Assembly (NCBI GenBank): GCA_001774495.1 | Contig: MFAE01000002.1 | Span: 1-40,371, forward strand | DNA length: 40,371 nucleotides | Source of the DNA: Candidatus Campbellbacteria bacterium RIFOXYC2_FULL_35_25 | GTDB lineage: Bacteria > Patescibacteriota > Minisyncoccia > Phycocordibacterales > UBA12079 | Direction of reading: 5' to 3' | In this document: piece after piece, positions 1 through 8,743 of the stretch | Position numbering within the stretch: position 1 is the first letter of the stretch | Layout of the letters: every line of letters begins with the position of its first letter | Notes under the pieces: model-generated | The model's database searches: none | The model's input: the letters and a program-made list of their open reading frames with translations, nothing else | What the model was told of the DNA's origin: nothing | Translations under genes and position numbers: made by a program

Positions 1-2
1 AA

Positions 3-143
3 GTCACCTATGATGTTACAGATACAGCTGGCAATCCAGCCAGCAAAGTTACCCGCACAGTTGTTGTAGTAGCCCCAGTGTCAGAAGAAGTATCAGAAGT
101 TGTATCAGAAGAAGTGTCCACAACGACGGAGGCGCAGATTTAA
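3..143 (+). CDS. 3' end of a surface protein with an Ig-like (DUF5011-type) domain, partial
   Basis: Frame from position 3 reads VTYDVTDTAGNPASKVTRTVVVVAP... to TAA at 141-143; TYxVTDxAGN...VTRTV is typical of DUF5011 Ig-like repeats. Confidence 0.65.
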   Translation, partial: VTYDVTDTAGNPASKVTRTVVVVAPVSEEVSEVVSEEVSTTTEAQI

Positions 144-161
144 TAATTTATTTTTAAGAAA

Positions 162-186
162 AAAAGGGCTGTCCGACAGCCCTTTT
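162..186 (+). terminator. Intrinsic terminator hairpin
   Basis: AAAAGGGCTGTC/GACAGCCCTTTT inverted repeat after the stop codon. Confidence 0.75.
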
Positions 187-382
187 CTTAATGCTTGCTT
201 ATTTTGGTTTGTTTCTATAGACTGATTTTGCGTAATCATGCTTAGCGTTTAGTATATATTTTGCATAAAAATATATCTTGAGCGGTAAAGCGGGATCAGC
301 CTGTTTTATCCTGCCGGGCAACTGGTGGGGTAGTCGTCACAGACTACTATCTTTAGTTCTTTTTAAAGAAGGAGGTATCGTC

Positions 383-1411
383 ATGATTCAAACACAAGCG
401 TTGGAACTGTTAAAAAGGTCTCGCCTATTTTCTTCGTCGTGTGGTGTGGATTTGAAAATCCACAAGATGGATTTTCCGTTTAGATCGGGCACAATTTGGC
501 TTGAGCATTTGAGTAACGAAGGAAAAGATCTCTACCGTGGACTAGAGCTTATTGTCCGACGTTATATGAGATTTTGCGCTGAGCAGATCGTAAATAGTCC
601 TGGCCAAAAAGAAAAACATATCAACAGGCTTTGGGACGGAGTTTTTTCTTTTGCGGAAGATTTTAAACCAGAGGAAGTTTTTGAAAAAATATCTTCCGGT
701 TCGGAGTATTTTGATATCCCGATCAGTATCAACAATTCTGTGTTGAGGGTCAGGAGGTTTGGCAATTGTATCGGTATCAACGTGCTTCAGAATGGGAAAA
801 TTCACCAAGCAGGTTCTCTGATAATGGCTGGGATGTGCGACGAGGAAAAACGTGTTGTGGCAACTTTTGCCCATCGGATTGAGTGCTCAATCAAATTACC
901 CAGAAAACAGGGAAAAGAAAATTCTGTAGATGTGGATTTTGGCGAAGTACACACCCAAATTTCAAATGCTTGTCGGCATATTGAATGGGACCACCCATCA
1001 AAATGGTTTTCTGACCTTATTGGACGTTACGTTTCAGTCTGTTATTCCTCAGTTGGCTGTGAGGACGGGGTTGTCGTCGGGCGTCTGGGAGAGACTGAAA
1101 TTCACGCCGTAGTTGCTCATTCCGAAGAAAAGGAGCATGATTTCAGGAGAACTCCACAGTGGAGGAAGGGAAATACAACCCTCTTTCCAGAAAATCCTTT
1201 AATGTGCAATTTTGCCGATGGAGGTGACTTGTGTTTGTTGTTGATGGCACATAGTGGTCTTAAGAGTTATAACACCTTCGATGATTTTGATACTTCTCTT
1301 GATATCGCCCAATTGCAGTACCACCTCAGGATAGCTGGATCAGTTTTATTTACGCAGCTTTCCTGTATGTCAAAAGTTGACGAAATGGGGAGGACTTCTG
1401 CTTATCTGTGA
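383..1411 (+). CDS. Hypothetical protein (stand-alone cassette)
   Basis: Long ORF; start moved to ATG 383 because of AAGGAGG upstream; promoter-like TTGCTT-N17-TAGACT at 195-223; terminator at 1424-1456. Confidence 0.7.
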   Translation: MIQTQALELLKRSRLFSSSCGVDLKIHKMDFPFRSGTIWLEHLSNEGKDLYRGLELIVRRYMRFCAEQIVNSPGQKEKHINRLWDGVFSFAEDFKPEEVFEKISSGSEYFDIPISINNSVLRVRRFGNCIGINVLQNGKIHQAGSLIMAGMCDEEKRVVATFAHRIECSIKLPRKQGKENSVDVDFGEVHTQISNACRHIEWDHPSKWFSDLIGRYVSVCYSSVGCEDGVVVGRLGETEIHAVVAHSEEKEHDFRRTPQWRKGNTTLFPENPLMCNFADGGDLCLLLMAHSGLKSYNTFDDFDTSLDIAQLQYHLRIAGSVLFTQLSCMSKVDEMGRTSAYL

Positions 1412-1423
1412 TTTTGTTGTTTT

Positions 1424-1456
1424 AACACCTTGCCTCTCTGGGGCAAGGTGTTTTTT
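1424..1456 (+). terminator. Intrinsic terminator
   Basis: AACACCTTGCC/GGCAAGGTGTT stem followed by a T run. Confidence 0.75.
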
Positions 1457-1458
1457 GT

Positions 1459-1488
1459 TTGACTTATTAAGTTGTATTATGATAAGAT
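1459..1488 (+). promoter_or_regulatory. Sigma70-type promoter for the rpsN-secY fragment
   Basis: TTGACT-N18-TAAGAT with extended -10 TG. Confidence 0.55.
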
Positions 1489-1520
1489 AGTCCTCGAGCT
1501 TGTAGAAGCTTTTTATATTT

Positions 1521-1706
1521 ATGGCGAAAAAATCAGTAATAGCTAGAGCAAATAAAACACCTAAATTTTCAACGAGAATAGTGAGAAGATGTTTTAAGTG
1601 TGGAAGAAAGCACGGCTACATGAGAGATTTTGATCTTTGCCGTATATGTTTTAGAGAGTATGCTAACGAGGGAAAAATCCCAGGAGTAACAAAATCTTCT
1701 TGGTAA
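1521..1706 (+). CDS. rpsN: 30S ribosomal protein S14, Zn-binding type Z
   Basis: 61 aa, RCFKCGR...LCRICFRE...IPGVTKSSW. Confidence 0.98.
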   Translation: MAKKSVIARANKTPKFSTRIVRRCFKCGRKHGYMRDFDLCRICFREYANEGKIPGVTKSSW

Positions 1707-1766
1707 TCATTTAATAAATAAACGATTAGGCTGTAACACATAAGTGTTAGACGCTAAACGTACAAT

Positions 1767-2156
1767 ATGGATAAAATTTCAAATTTAATAATAAGTATAA
1801 AGAATGCAAGTAATGCTCGAAAAGAGTATGCTTCTGTTCCTTTTTCTAAATTCAAGTTAGAAATCGCAGAACTTTTACAGAAAGAAAATTATATAAAATC
1901 AGTTTCAAAAAAAGGGAAGAAAGTGAAGAAAACTTTAGAACTTGAAATTTCCTATAACGAAGATAAATCTCCAAAAATCACGGATGTTAAAAGAGTTTCA
2001 AAACTTTCAAAGAGAATTTATTTTGGAGTAAAAGACATCAGAACAGTAAAGGGAGGAAAAGGTCTTTTGGTTTTATCAACTCCGAAAGGAATTTTGACAG
2101 ATAGACAGGCTAGAAAAGAAGGTGTAGGAGGAGAAGCATTATTTAAAATTTGGTAA
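1767..2156 (+). CDS. rpsH: 30S ribosomal protein S8
   Basis: RVSKLSKRIY, LSTPKGILTD...GVGGE; operon position. Confidence 0.98.
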   Translation: MDKISNLIISIKNASNARKEYASVPFSKFKLEIAELLQKENYIKSVSKKGKKVKKTLELEISYNEDKSPKITDVKRVSKLSKRIYFGVKDIRTVKGGKGLLVLSTPKGILTDRQARKEGVGGEALFKIW

Positions 2157-2160
2157 TAAT

Positions 2161-2694
2161 ATGAGTAGAATAGGAAAAAAAGAAATAGAAATACCGGAAA
2201 AAACAGAAGTCGTTATAGTAAACGGTGAATTAAGGGTGAAAGGACCTTTGGGAGAATTGGTAAGGAAACTAAGACCAGAGATTGTTGTGAAGCAGGAAAA
2301 TAATATAATCACACTAGAAAAGGTTGAGGATACTGTTTTTACAAGAGCTTTGTGGGGAACTTATGCTTCACATATTTCTAATATGATTGCTGGAGTAAAT
2401 AAACCTTTTGAAAAGAAATTAATAGTAGAAGGAGTTGGTTTCAAGTCTAATGTTAAGGGTGAAGATTTGGTTATGAGTTTAGGCTTTTCTCACGATGTTA
2501 TAATCGCGATACCTAAAGATTTGACTGTTACCGTTGAAAAAAATATTATAACAATATCAGGTATTGATAAAGAAAGAGTTGGTAGTTTTACGGCAGATAT
2601 CAGAGTAAAAAAGAAACCAGAACCTTACAAGGGTAAAGGAATCAGATATGAAGGTGAAATTATCAGAAGAAAACAAGGGAAGAAAACAGCTTAA
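2161..2694 (+). CDS. rplF: 50S ribosomal protein L6
   Basis: MSRIGKK, PEPYKGKGIRY. Confidence 0.98.
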   Translation: MSRIGKKEIEIPEKTEVVIVNGELRVKGPLGELVRKLRPEIVVKQENNIITLEKVEDTVFTRALWGTYASHISNMIAGVNKPFEKKLIVEGVGFKSNVKGEDLVMSLGFSHDVIIAIPKDLTVTVEKNIITISGIDKERVGSFTADIRVKKKPEPYKGKGIRYEGEIIRRKQGKKTA

Positions 2695-2701
2695 TTAAAA
2701 T

Positions 2702-3049
2702 ATGAGTACAACAAAGGTAGAAAAAAGAAATAGAAGGCGCAATCGTATTAGAGCCAAAATAACTGGAACAAGTAAAGTTCCTAGGTTAAGCGTGTTCAAA
2801 TCAAACAAAGCTATTTACGTTCAAATTATTGATGATGAGAATGGCAAGACATTAGTTTCTTATTCTTCTGAAAAGGTAAAGGGAGAAAAAGATCCTGCAA
2901 AAAAAGCGCAAAAAATTGGTAGTGATTTGGCTAAAATGGCGTTAGAGAAAAAAATAAAAAAGGTTGTTTTTGACAGAGGTGGTTATATTTATACAGGGAA
3001 AGTTAAGGCTATAGCTGATGGAGCAAGAGAAGGAGGTCTTGAGTTTTAA
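2702..3049 (+). CDS. rplR: 50S ribosomal protein L18
   Basis: [16 protein letters not shown]...GAREGGLEF. Confidence 0.98.
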   Translation: MSTTKVEKRNRRRNRIRAKITGTSKVPRLSVFKSNKAIYVQIIDDENGKTLVSYSSEKVKGEKDPAKKAQKIGSDLAKMALEKKIKKVVFDRGGYIYTGKVKAIADGAREGGLEF

Positions 3050-3081
3050 TTGATAGTTACTAGTTACTAATTTCTAAAAAA

Positions 3082-3720
3082 ATGGAAGAAACAAAAGAAA
3101 AAAATAATAACGATTCAGTAGGAGAAGTAAAAGAAATTACTCCTGTTACTCCTATTACTCCGGTTGTTGCTACTCCCATTACTCCTGTTGTTGCTGAGAG
3201 CGCAACTACAGCAGGGGCTCCTTCCTCCGAAAGGACTTTTAAGAAAAATGTAAGACCAAGAAAACCTAGAGAACGTTTTGAAAGACAAAAACCAGAATTT
3301 GATCAAAAGATTATTAACATCAGAAGAGTTACTCGTGTTGTTAAGGGAGGTAGAAGGTTTAGTTTTAGTGTTGCTATGGTAATCGGGAACAGAAAAGGAT
3401 CAGTAGGTGTTGGTATTGGGAAGGGATCTGATACAGCTTTGGCTATAGAAAAAGCAATTCGAGATGCTAAAAAGAATTTACTTAAATTAAAATTGACCGA
3501 CAACATGTCTATTCCTTACGAAGTAGAGGCTAAGTACTGTTCTTCCAGTGTTGTTATTAGACCAGCGAAAGGAAGAGGTATTGTGGCAGGAAGCTCCGCT
3601 AGAGACGTTTTAGAATTGGCAGGAATTACAGAGGTGGGCGCAAAATTTTTATCGAGAAGCAAGAATAAATTAAATAATGCTCAAGTGGCTATAGAAGCCC
3701 TAAGAGAATTTGAAATGTAA
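3082..3720 (+). CDS. rpsE: 30S ribosomal protein S5 with low-complexity N-terminal extension
   Basis: IRRVTRVVKGGRRFSF, GRGIVAG. Confidence 0.97.
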   Translation: MEETKEKNNNDSVGEVKEITPVTPITPVVATPITPVVAESATTAGAPSSERTFKKNVRPRKPRERFERQKPEFDQKIINIRRVTRVVKGGRRFSFSVAMVIGNRKGSVGVGIGKGSDTALAIEKAIRDAKKNLLKLKLTDNMSIPYEVEAKYCSSSVVIRPAKGRGIVAGSSARDVLELAGITEVGAKFLSRSKNKLNNAQVAIEALREFEM

Positions 3721-3736
3721 TTATATAGATTTGTTA

Positions 3737-3796
3737 ATAAATTTCGCGAAGCGAAATTTATACTACAAACTACTCACTACTAACTACAAACTAAAA
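3737..3796. repeat. Heptamer/hairpin element (rpsE-rplO)
   Basis: ATAAATTTCGC-GAA-GCGAAATTTAT followed by ACTACAA ACTACTC ACTACTA ACTACAA ACTAAAA. Confidence 0.85.
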
Positions 3797-3800
3797 AAAT

Positions 3801-4232
3801 ATGCAACTTCATAACATACAAAAGAATAAAAATAATAAAAAAAGCATCCGTGTTGGGCGTGGTGGAAAGAGAGGAAAAACTTCCGGTAAAGGACATAAAG
3901 GACAAAACGCAAGAACTGGAAACAGCGGACGACCAGAGATTAGGGATATGATCAAGAAAATTCCTAAGCTAAGAGGTTATAATTTTAAATCTAGAAAAGA
4001 TAATGCTGTTCCTGTTAATTTGTCAGCTCTTGATAAGACTTTTGAGAAAGACGCTATTGTTAATCCTAAAGAGTTAGTTAAAGAAGGTGTCGTGAAAAGA
4101 AAAAGTGGGAAGATGCCAGTTATAAAGATATTAGCAACTGGTGAAATAACAAAAAAAATTACGGTGTCAGGTTGTACTTTTTCTGAAATGGCAAAGGAAA
4201 AAATAGAAAAAGCAGGAGGAACGATTAAGTAG
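3801..4232 (+). CDS. rplO: 50S ribosomal protein L15
   Basis: RVGRGGKRGKTSGKGHKGQNAR...KIEKAGG. Confidence 0.98.
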   Translation: MQLHNIQKNKNNKKSIRVGRGGKRGKTSGKGHKGQNARTGNSGRPEIRDMIKKIPKLRGYNFKSRKDNAVPVNLSALDKTFEKDAIVNPKELVKEGVVKRKSGKMPVIKILATGEITKKITVSGCTFSEMAKEKIEKAGGTIK

Positions 4233-4313
4233 TCTATAGTTGGTAGTCTATAGTCTATAGAATTTCGATAGTTTGTAATTTAACACTATAAACTATAAAC
4301 TATCGACTAAAAC
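4233..4313. repeat. Heptamer inverted-array element (rplO-secY)
   Basis: TCTATAG TTGGTAG TCTATAG TCTATAG ... CTATAAA CTATAAA CTATCGA CTAAAAC. Confidence 0.85.
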
Positions 4314-4316
4314 ATT

Positions 4317-5585
4317 ATGAATTTTGCGAATAAATTAAACCTAATAATAAAAGATAGTAACCTAAGAAAAAGGATCCTTTATTTGTTAGGTTTTTTAGTT
4401 TTGTTTAGAGTATTAGCGGCTATTCCTGTTCCTGGAGTTGATGTTGCTAAATTACAAGAATTTTTCTCAAACAACCAATTCTTTGGTTTGATGAACATTT
4501 TTTCTGGGGGTGGTTTGTCTGGGCTATCTATCATAATGTTGGGGGTTGGTCCTTATATTACATCATCAATTATTATGCAGTTGATGACAATGATGTCTTC
4601 AAGATTAAAACAGCTTTATCATGAAGAAGGAGAAGCCGGGAAGAAAAAATTTAGTCAGTATTCAAGGTTATTAACTATTCCTTTGGCAGTTGTTCAGGGG
4701 TATGCCTTTCTTACTCTTTTGCAAAGGCAGGGAATTTTGGATAGTCTAGGTTTATTTGAGATGCTAACAAACATAAGTGTTATTGTGGCTGGTTCTGTTT
4801 TGTTAGTTTGGATTGGTGAGTTAATGTCAGAATTTTCTATTGGTAATGGAGTTTCTATAATAATTTTTGCGGGTATAGTTGCTGGTTTACCAACGGCTGT
4901 GAGTCAGAACATTTTTGCTTTTGATATTGCGCAATTACCACTTTATATTGCCTTTTTGTTCCTAGCCGTTTTGATCGTGGCGGGGGTTGTTGTTGTAACG
5001 GAAGCGGAGAGACCTATTCCTATTCAGTATTCAAAAAGAGTTAGAGGGATGAAAGTTTATGGTGGTGTTTCCACATACTTGCCGCTAAGAGTGAACCAAG
5101 CGGGCGTTATTCCTATTATTTTTGCTCTATCAATTTTGTTATTTCCTCAGATGATATTCAATTTTTTGGTGAATGTTAACAATGCCACACTGGTTAAGTT
5201 TTCAGAATTCGTGTTAGGTATTTTGAATAATGGTTGGTTTTACTCTATCTTTTATTTTATCCTAGTATTTTTGTTTACTTATTTTTATACAGCCGTTACA
5301 TTTGACCCAGAAGCTATCGCAACTAACTTACAAAGGAGCGGAGCCTTTATCCCAGGGATACGACCAGGAGCAAATACTTCTCAATACATCGGTAAAGTTT
5401 TGACCAGAATTACATTTGTTGGAGCTTTGTTCCTTGGCTTTATTGCAGTTTTGCCTTTAGTGATGAAAGCTATAACAGGTATCGCTTCTCTGGCTATTGG
5501 GGGAACCGCTCTTTTGATTGTGGTTTCTGTTGTACTGGATTTGGTTAAGAAGGTGGATGGGCAGGTATCAATGAGAGAATACTAA
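4317..5585 (+). CDS. secY: Preprotein translocase subunit SecY
   Basis: LGVGPYITSSII, GNGVSIIIFAGI, FIPGIRPG, GGTALLIVV; multiple TM segments. Confidence 0.98.
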   Translation: MNFANKLNLIIKDSNLRKRILYLLGFLVLFRVLAAIPVPGVDVAKLQEFFSNNQFFGLMNIFSGGGLSGLSIIMLGVGPYITSSIIMQLMTMMSSRLKQLYHEEGEAGKKKFSQYSRLLTIPLAVVQGYAFLTLLQRQGILDSLGLFEMLTNISVIVAGSVLLVWIGELMSEFSIGNGVSIIIFAGIVAGLPTAVSQNIFAFDIAQLPLYIAFLFLAVLIVAGVVVVTEAERPIPIQYSKRVRGMKVYGGVSTYLPLRVNQAGVIPIIFALSILLFPQMIFNFLVNVNNATLVKFSEFVLGILNNGWFYSIFYFILVFLFTYFYTAVTFDPEAIATNLQRSGAFIPGIRPGANTSQYIGKVLTRITFVGALFLGFIAVLPLVMKAITGIASLAIGGTALLIVVSVVLDLVKKVDGQVSMREY

Positions 5586-5646
5586 GTTAGTTTTTAGTTG
5601 ATAGTTTTTAGTTTTTAGAAAAAATTCGCCAGAAGGCGATTTTTTT
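5586..5646. repeat. Heptamer/hairpin element after secY
   Basis: TTTTTAG TTGATAG TTTTTAG TTTTTAG then AAAAAATTCGCC-AGAA-GGCGATTTTTT. Confidence 0.75.
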
Positions 5647-5662
5647 ATTTTTAAACTTTATA

Positions 5663-5698
5663 AAAACGAACAACTCAACAGGTTGAGTTGTTCGTTTT
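5663..5698 (+). terminator. Terminator-like hairpin after secY
   Basis: AAAACGAACAACTCAAC-AG-GTTGAGTTGTTCGTTTT. Confidence 0.7.
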
Positions 5699-5758
5699 GG
5701 ATTTGAGGGTGATTGTAATATAATGAAAGTTGTTATTAAGTTAAAAATTTCTAATAAG

Positions 5759-6352
5759 ATGAAAAATCAAACATTCATATTTATAGGTAGATCTGGTTGT
5801 GGTAAGGGAACTCAAATTGACCTTTTATCAGAAAGATTAAAAAAAGATACTCCTGACATAGGCATTAATTATATTAGTACAGGGAAAGACTTAAGAAAAT
5901 TTTGGGCAGAGGAAGGCTACTCGCAAACTCTTTCTAAAGAAATCGTTGAAAATGGTGATTTACAGCCAGAATTTTTGGTGACTTATCTTTGGGGTAAAGA
6001 TTTGGTGGAAGATATGAAAGGTAACGAGCATCTCATTTTAGATGGAACTCCTCGCCGTTTGAACGAAGCCGAAGTGCTTGATTCAGCGATAAGATTTTAT
6101 AAAAGAGAGAATCCAATTGTTATTTACATGAATGTTTCTAGAGAATGGGCGATTGATAGATTGATGGGGCGAGGACGAGCCGATGATACTGTAGAAGGTG
6201 TAAGTAAAAGATTAGATTGGTTTGATCGCGATGTTATCCCTGCTATTGAATATTTAAAAAATAATTCTACTTATAAATTTCTAGACATAAATGGCGAACA
6301 AACTATTGAAGAAGTGAACAAAGAGATTATGGAGAAGGTTTATGGGGTATAA
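5759..6352 (+). CDS. adk: Adenylate kinase / NMP kinase (short LID type)
   Basis: P-loop GRSGCGKGTQ, ISTG, LDGTPR, GRADD; follows secY; start at ATG 5759 preferred. Confidence 0.9.
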   Translation: MKNQTFIFIGRSGCGKGTQIDLLSERLKKDTPDIGINYISTGKDLRKFWAEEGYSQTLSKEIVENGDLQPEFLVTYLWGKDLVEDMKGNEHLILDGTPRRLNEAEVLDSAIRFYKRENPIVIYMNVSREWAIDRLMGRGRADDTVEGVSKRLDWFDRDVIPAIEYLKNNSTYKFLDINGEQTIEEVNKEIMEKVYGV

Positions 6353-6360
6353 TTAAACTA

Positions 6361-7125
6361 ATGATTTATTCTGAAGCAGAAATAAATATCTTACGTGAAG
6401 GGGGTAAAAGACTCGCTTATGTTTTAGGTGAAGTTGCAAAAAAAACTGTTCCAGGAGTAAAAATTTTTGAATTAAATGATTATGCCGAGAAACTTATTCT
6501 GGAAGGAGGTGATACGCCTGCTTTTTTGAATTATAAACCAGAGGGGTCTGGCTTTCCTTATCCTGCAAGTCTGTGCGTTTCGGTTAATGAGGGGATTGTT
6601 CACGGTATTTCAAATGGCAACAGTAGGGTTTTAAAGGATGGTGACGTCGTTGGTCTTGATCTTGGTCTTAGACACAATGGTTTTGTTACAGACATGGCGG
6701 TAACTGTTGGAGTAGGCAAGGTAGATAATGAGTCTAGGAAGCTCATAGAAGCCACAAAACAGGCTCTCTATGAAGGAATTGGACAAGCTAGGGCGGGAAA
6801 CACAACTGGCGATATAGGCCACGCCGTAGCTGAATTTGGAAAAAAAGCCAGGTTTAATGTAGCTGAAGATTTGGGAGGTCACGGTGTTGGAAAAAATGTC
6901 CACGAAGAACCTTTCATCCCCAATTTTGGCAGAAAAGGAAGTGGAGATAAATTAAGGTCAGGTATGGTTTTGGCGATTGAACCGATGTTGAATGCGGGTA
7001 CAAAAAGAATTGTTTTAGATGATGATGGATACACTTTCAATACTGCCGATGGAAAAAAGAGTGCTCACTTTGAACACACTATTTTGATAACTAATGGGGA
7101 ACCAGAGATTTTAACAAAGATTTAA
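6361..7125 (+). CDS. map: Type I methionine aminopeptidase
   Basis: CVSVNEGIVHG, GHGVG..VHEEP, AIEPM, SAHFEHT. Confidence 0.97.
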   Translation: MIYSEAEINILREGGKRLAYVLGEVAKKTVPGVKIFELNDYAEKLILEGGDTPAFLNYKPEGSGFPYPASLCVSVNEGIVHGISNGNSRVLKDGDVVGLDLGLRHNGFVTDMAVTVGVGKVDNESRKLIEATKQALYEGIGQARAGNTTGDIGHAVAEFGKKARFNVAEDLGGHGVGKNVHEEPFIPNFGRKGSGDKLRSGMVLAIEPMLNAGTKRIVLDDDGYTFNTADGKKSAHFEHTILITNGEPEILTKI

Positions 7126-7239
7126 CCAAGACCAAGACCAAGACCAAGACCAAGACCAAGACCAAGACCAAGACCAAGACCAAGGCCAAGGCCAAGACCA
7201 AGACCAAGGCCAAGGCCAAGGCCAAGGTTAGGGTTAGGG
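7126..7239. repeat. Hexamer tandem repeat CCAAG(A/G) x17 followed by TTAGGG x2
   Basis: Read directly: 11 CCAAGA and 6 CCAAGG units at 7126-7227, then two TTAGGG. Confidence 0.95.
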
Positions 7240-7284
7240 TTTTTATTGAATAATAATTTTAAATAATTTATAATTTAATTTTAA

Positions 7285-7326
7285 TCTTTCTGATAAAAAT
7301 AGCGGTCGCTATTTTTATCAGAAAGA
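7285..7326. repeat. Palindrome upstream of the PaaX/Cas2-like gene
   Basis: 20-bp perfect arms TCTTTCTGATAAAAATAGCG-GT-CGCTATTTTTATCAGAAAGA. Confidence 0.9.
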
Positions 7327-7359
7327 ATATCAAAGTATGGGTAAAAGAATTATATAAAA

Positions 7360-7938
7360 ATGGAAAAAATAAAGAAAAAAAGAAAGTTACGGGTTCCTGT
7401 TAAAAAAATTATTTTGGCTACCATTGCAATAGCTGGTCTCGTATCTGTAGCTGTTGTTGCCCCAAATGCTTTGCAGGCCATCGGGTATTTTTCTGGAAAT
7501 AAGAAATATAAAAAATATGATCAAAAATATTATGTTAACAGCGTAGTTGGCGGGTTGTTAAAAAAAGATTTAATTAAACTCGAAATAAAAAATGGTAAAA
7601 AATACATTCGTTTAACAAAGAAAGGAGAGCAAGAGTTAGCCCGATTAGAATTAAATGATTTTAAAATAAAAAAGCCAAAAAAATGGGATAAAAAGTGGCG
7701 GATTGTAATTTTTGATATTAAAGAGACAAGGAAAGGTACTAGGACTATTTTAAGAAGCACATTGAGTAGATTAGGTTTTGTAAAATTACAAAATAGTGTT
7801 TGGGTATTTCCTTATGATTGCAAAGAATTAATTGTAATGATGAAATCCAGTTTATTTTTAGGTAAAGATGTCTTGTATATGACTGTAGAAAAGATAGAGA
7901 ATGATAAATGGCTAAAAGAAGTTTTTGGGTTGAAATAA
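7360..7938 (+). CDS. PaaX-family / Cas2-like protein (wHTH plus ferredoxin-like domain), common in CPR
   Basis: IRLTKKG wing, KWDKKWRIVIFDI, LGFVKLQNSVWVFPYDC. Confidence 0.8.
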   Translation: MEKIKKKRKLRVPVKKIILATIAIAGLVSVAVVAPNALQAIGYFSGNKKYKKYDQKYYVNSVVGGLLKKDLIKLEIKNGKKYIRLTKKGEQELARLELNDFKIKKPKKWDKKWRIVIFDIKETRKGTRTILRSTLSRLGFVKLQNSVWVFPYDCKELIVMMKSSLFLGKDVLYMTVEKIENDKWLKEVFGLK

Positions 7939-7980
7939 TTCTGATAAAAATGACGGCCGTCATTTTTATCAGAATTATTT
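7933..7980. repeat. 48-bp perfect palindrome downstream of the PaaX/Cas2-like gene
   Basis: AAATAATTCTGATAAAAATGACGG|CCGTCATTTTTATCAGAATTATTT; shares its core with 7285-7326. Confidence 0.9.
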
Positions 7981-8057
7981 TTTTGCTAAAGATCTTTTGT
8001 TTTTAACGTTTGGTTATGTTAATATATTGGCAATATTAACTTAATTTTTATAGAATT

Positions 8058-8663
8058 ATGGAACATTTTAGTAAAGAGAAAACATTAGTCATGGTTAAAC
8101 CAGACGGGATACAAAGAACTTTGGTTGGCGAAATTATTAAACGTTACGAAAGAGTCGGTCTTAAACTAGTTGGCTTAAAGATGATTGCTCCTAGTAAGGA
8201 GAAAATTGAGGAACACTATACCCTTGACCCAGAATGGAGAAGAATAACAGGAGAAAAGACAATAGAAAGTTATAAAAAAAAGGGCTTACAACCACCTTCA
8301 GAAAATCCTTTGGAGATTACTGCTATTATATTAGAAAATCTTAAAAAATATATGACAAGCGGTCCTGTTATTGCTATGGTTTGGCAAGGGGCCCACGCAG
8401 TTAAGATTTCAAGGAAGATTGTTGGTGGGACAGAGCCGTTCACTTCAGACGTTGGTACTATTCGGGGAGATTTTGTTCTAGATTCCTACCAAATGTCGGA
8501 TGCAGACGGGAGAGCTGTTCGGAATTTAATCCATGCCTCTGGTTCGGTTGAAGAAGCCGAAAAAGAAATAAAACATTGGTTTGAAGAAAGTGAAATTATA
8601 AGTTACAGGTTGGTACAAGAGCAAATGCTTTACGACGTAAACATCGACGGTATTTTTGAATAA
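8058..8663 (+). CDS. ndk: Nucleoside diphosphate kinase
   Basis: TLVMVKPDG, SGPVIAMVW, GTIRGDF, NLIHASGS. Confidence 0.96.
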   Translation: MEHFSKEKTLVMVKPDGIQRTLVGEIIKRYERVGLKLVGLKMIAPSKEKIEEHYTLDPEWRRITGEKTIESYKKKGLQPPSENPLEITAIILENLKKYMTSGPVIAMVWQGAHAVKISRKIVGGTEPFTSDVGTIRGDFVLDSYQMSDADGRAVRNLIHASGSVEEAEKEIKHWFEESEIISYRLVQEQMLYDVNIDGIFE

Positions 8664-8743
8664 TTTTTTAATACTTTAAAATATTTCTTTTTACCGGAAT
8701 CGAGCATCCTTTTGCATCGTTGCCTCTACTTGGTTAAACGACT

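Noticed and set aside
3136-3196. ITPV repeats in the S5 N-terminal extension
   Set aside because: An ordinary low-complexity extension, unrelated to the heptamer family.
7228-7239. Telomere-like TTAGGG
   Set aside because: Only two units, and they can be derived by transitions from the adjacent CCAAGG.
7126-7980. CRISPR-Cas locus (repeat array plus Cas2-like gene)
   Set aside because: The repeat is a spacerless 6-mer, there are only two palindromes with a gene between them, and no cas1 or effector gene is present.
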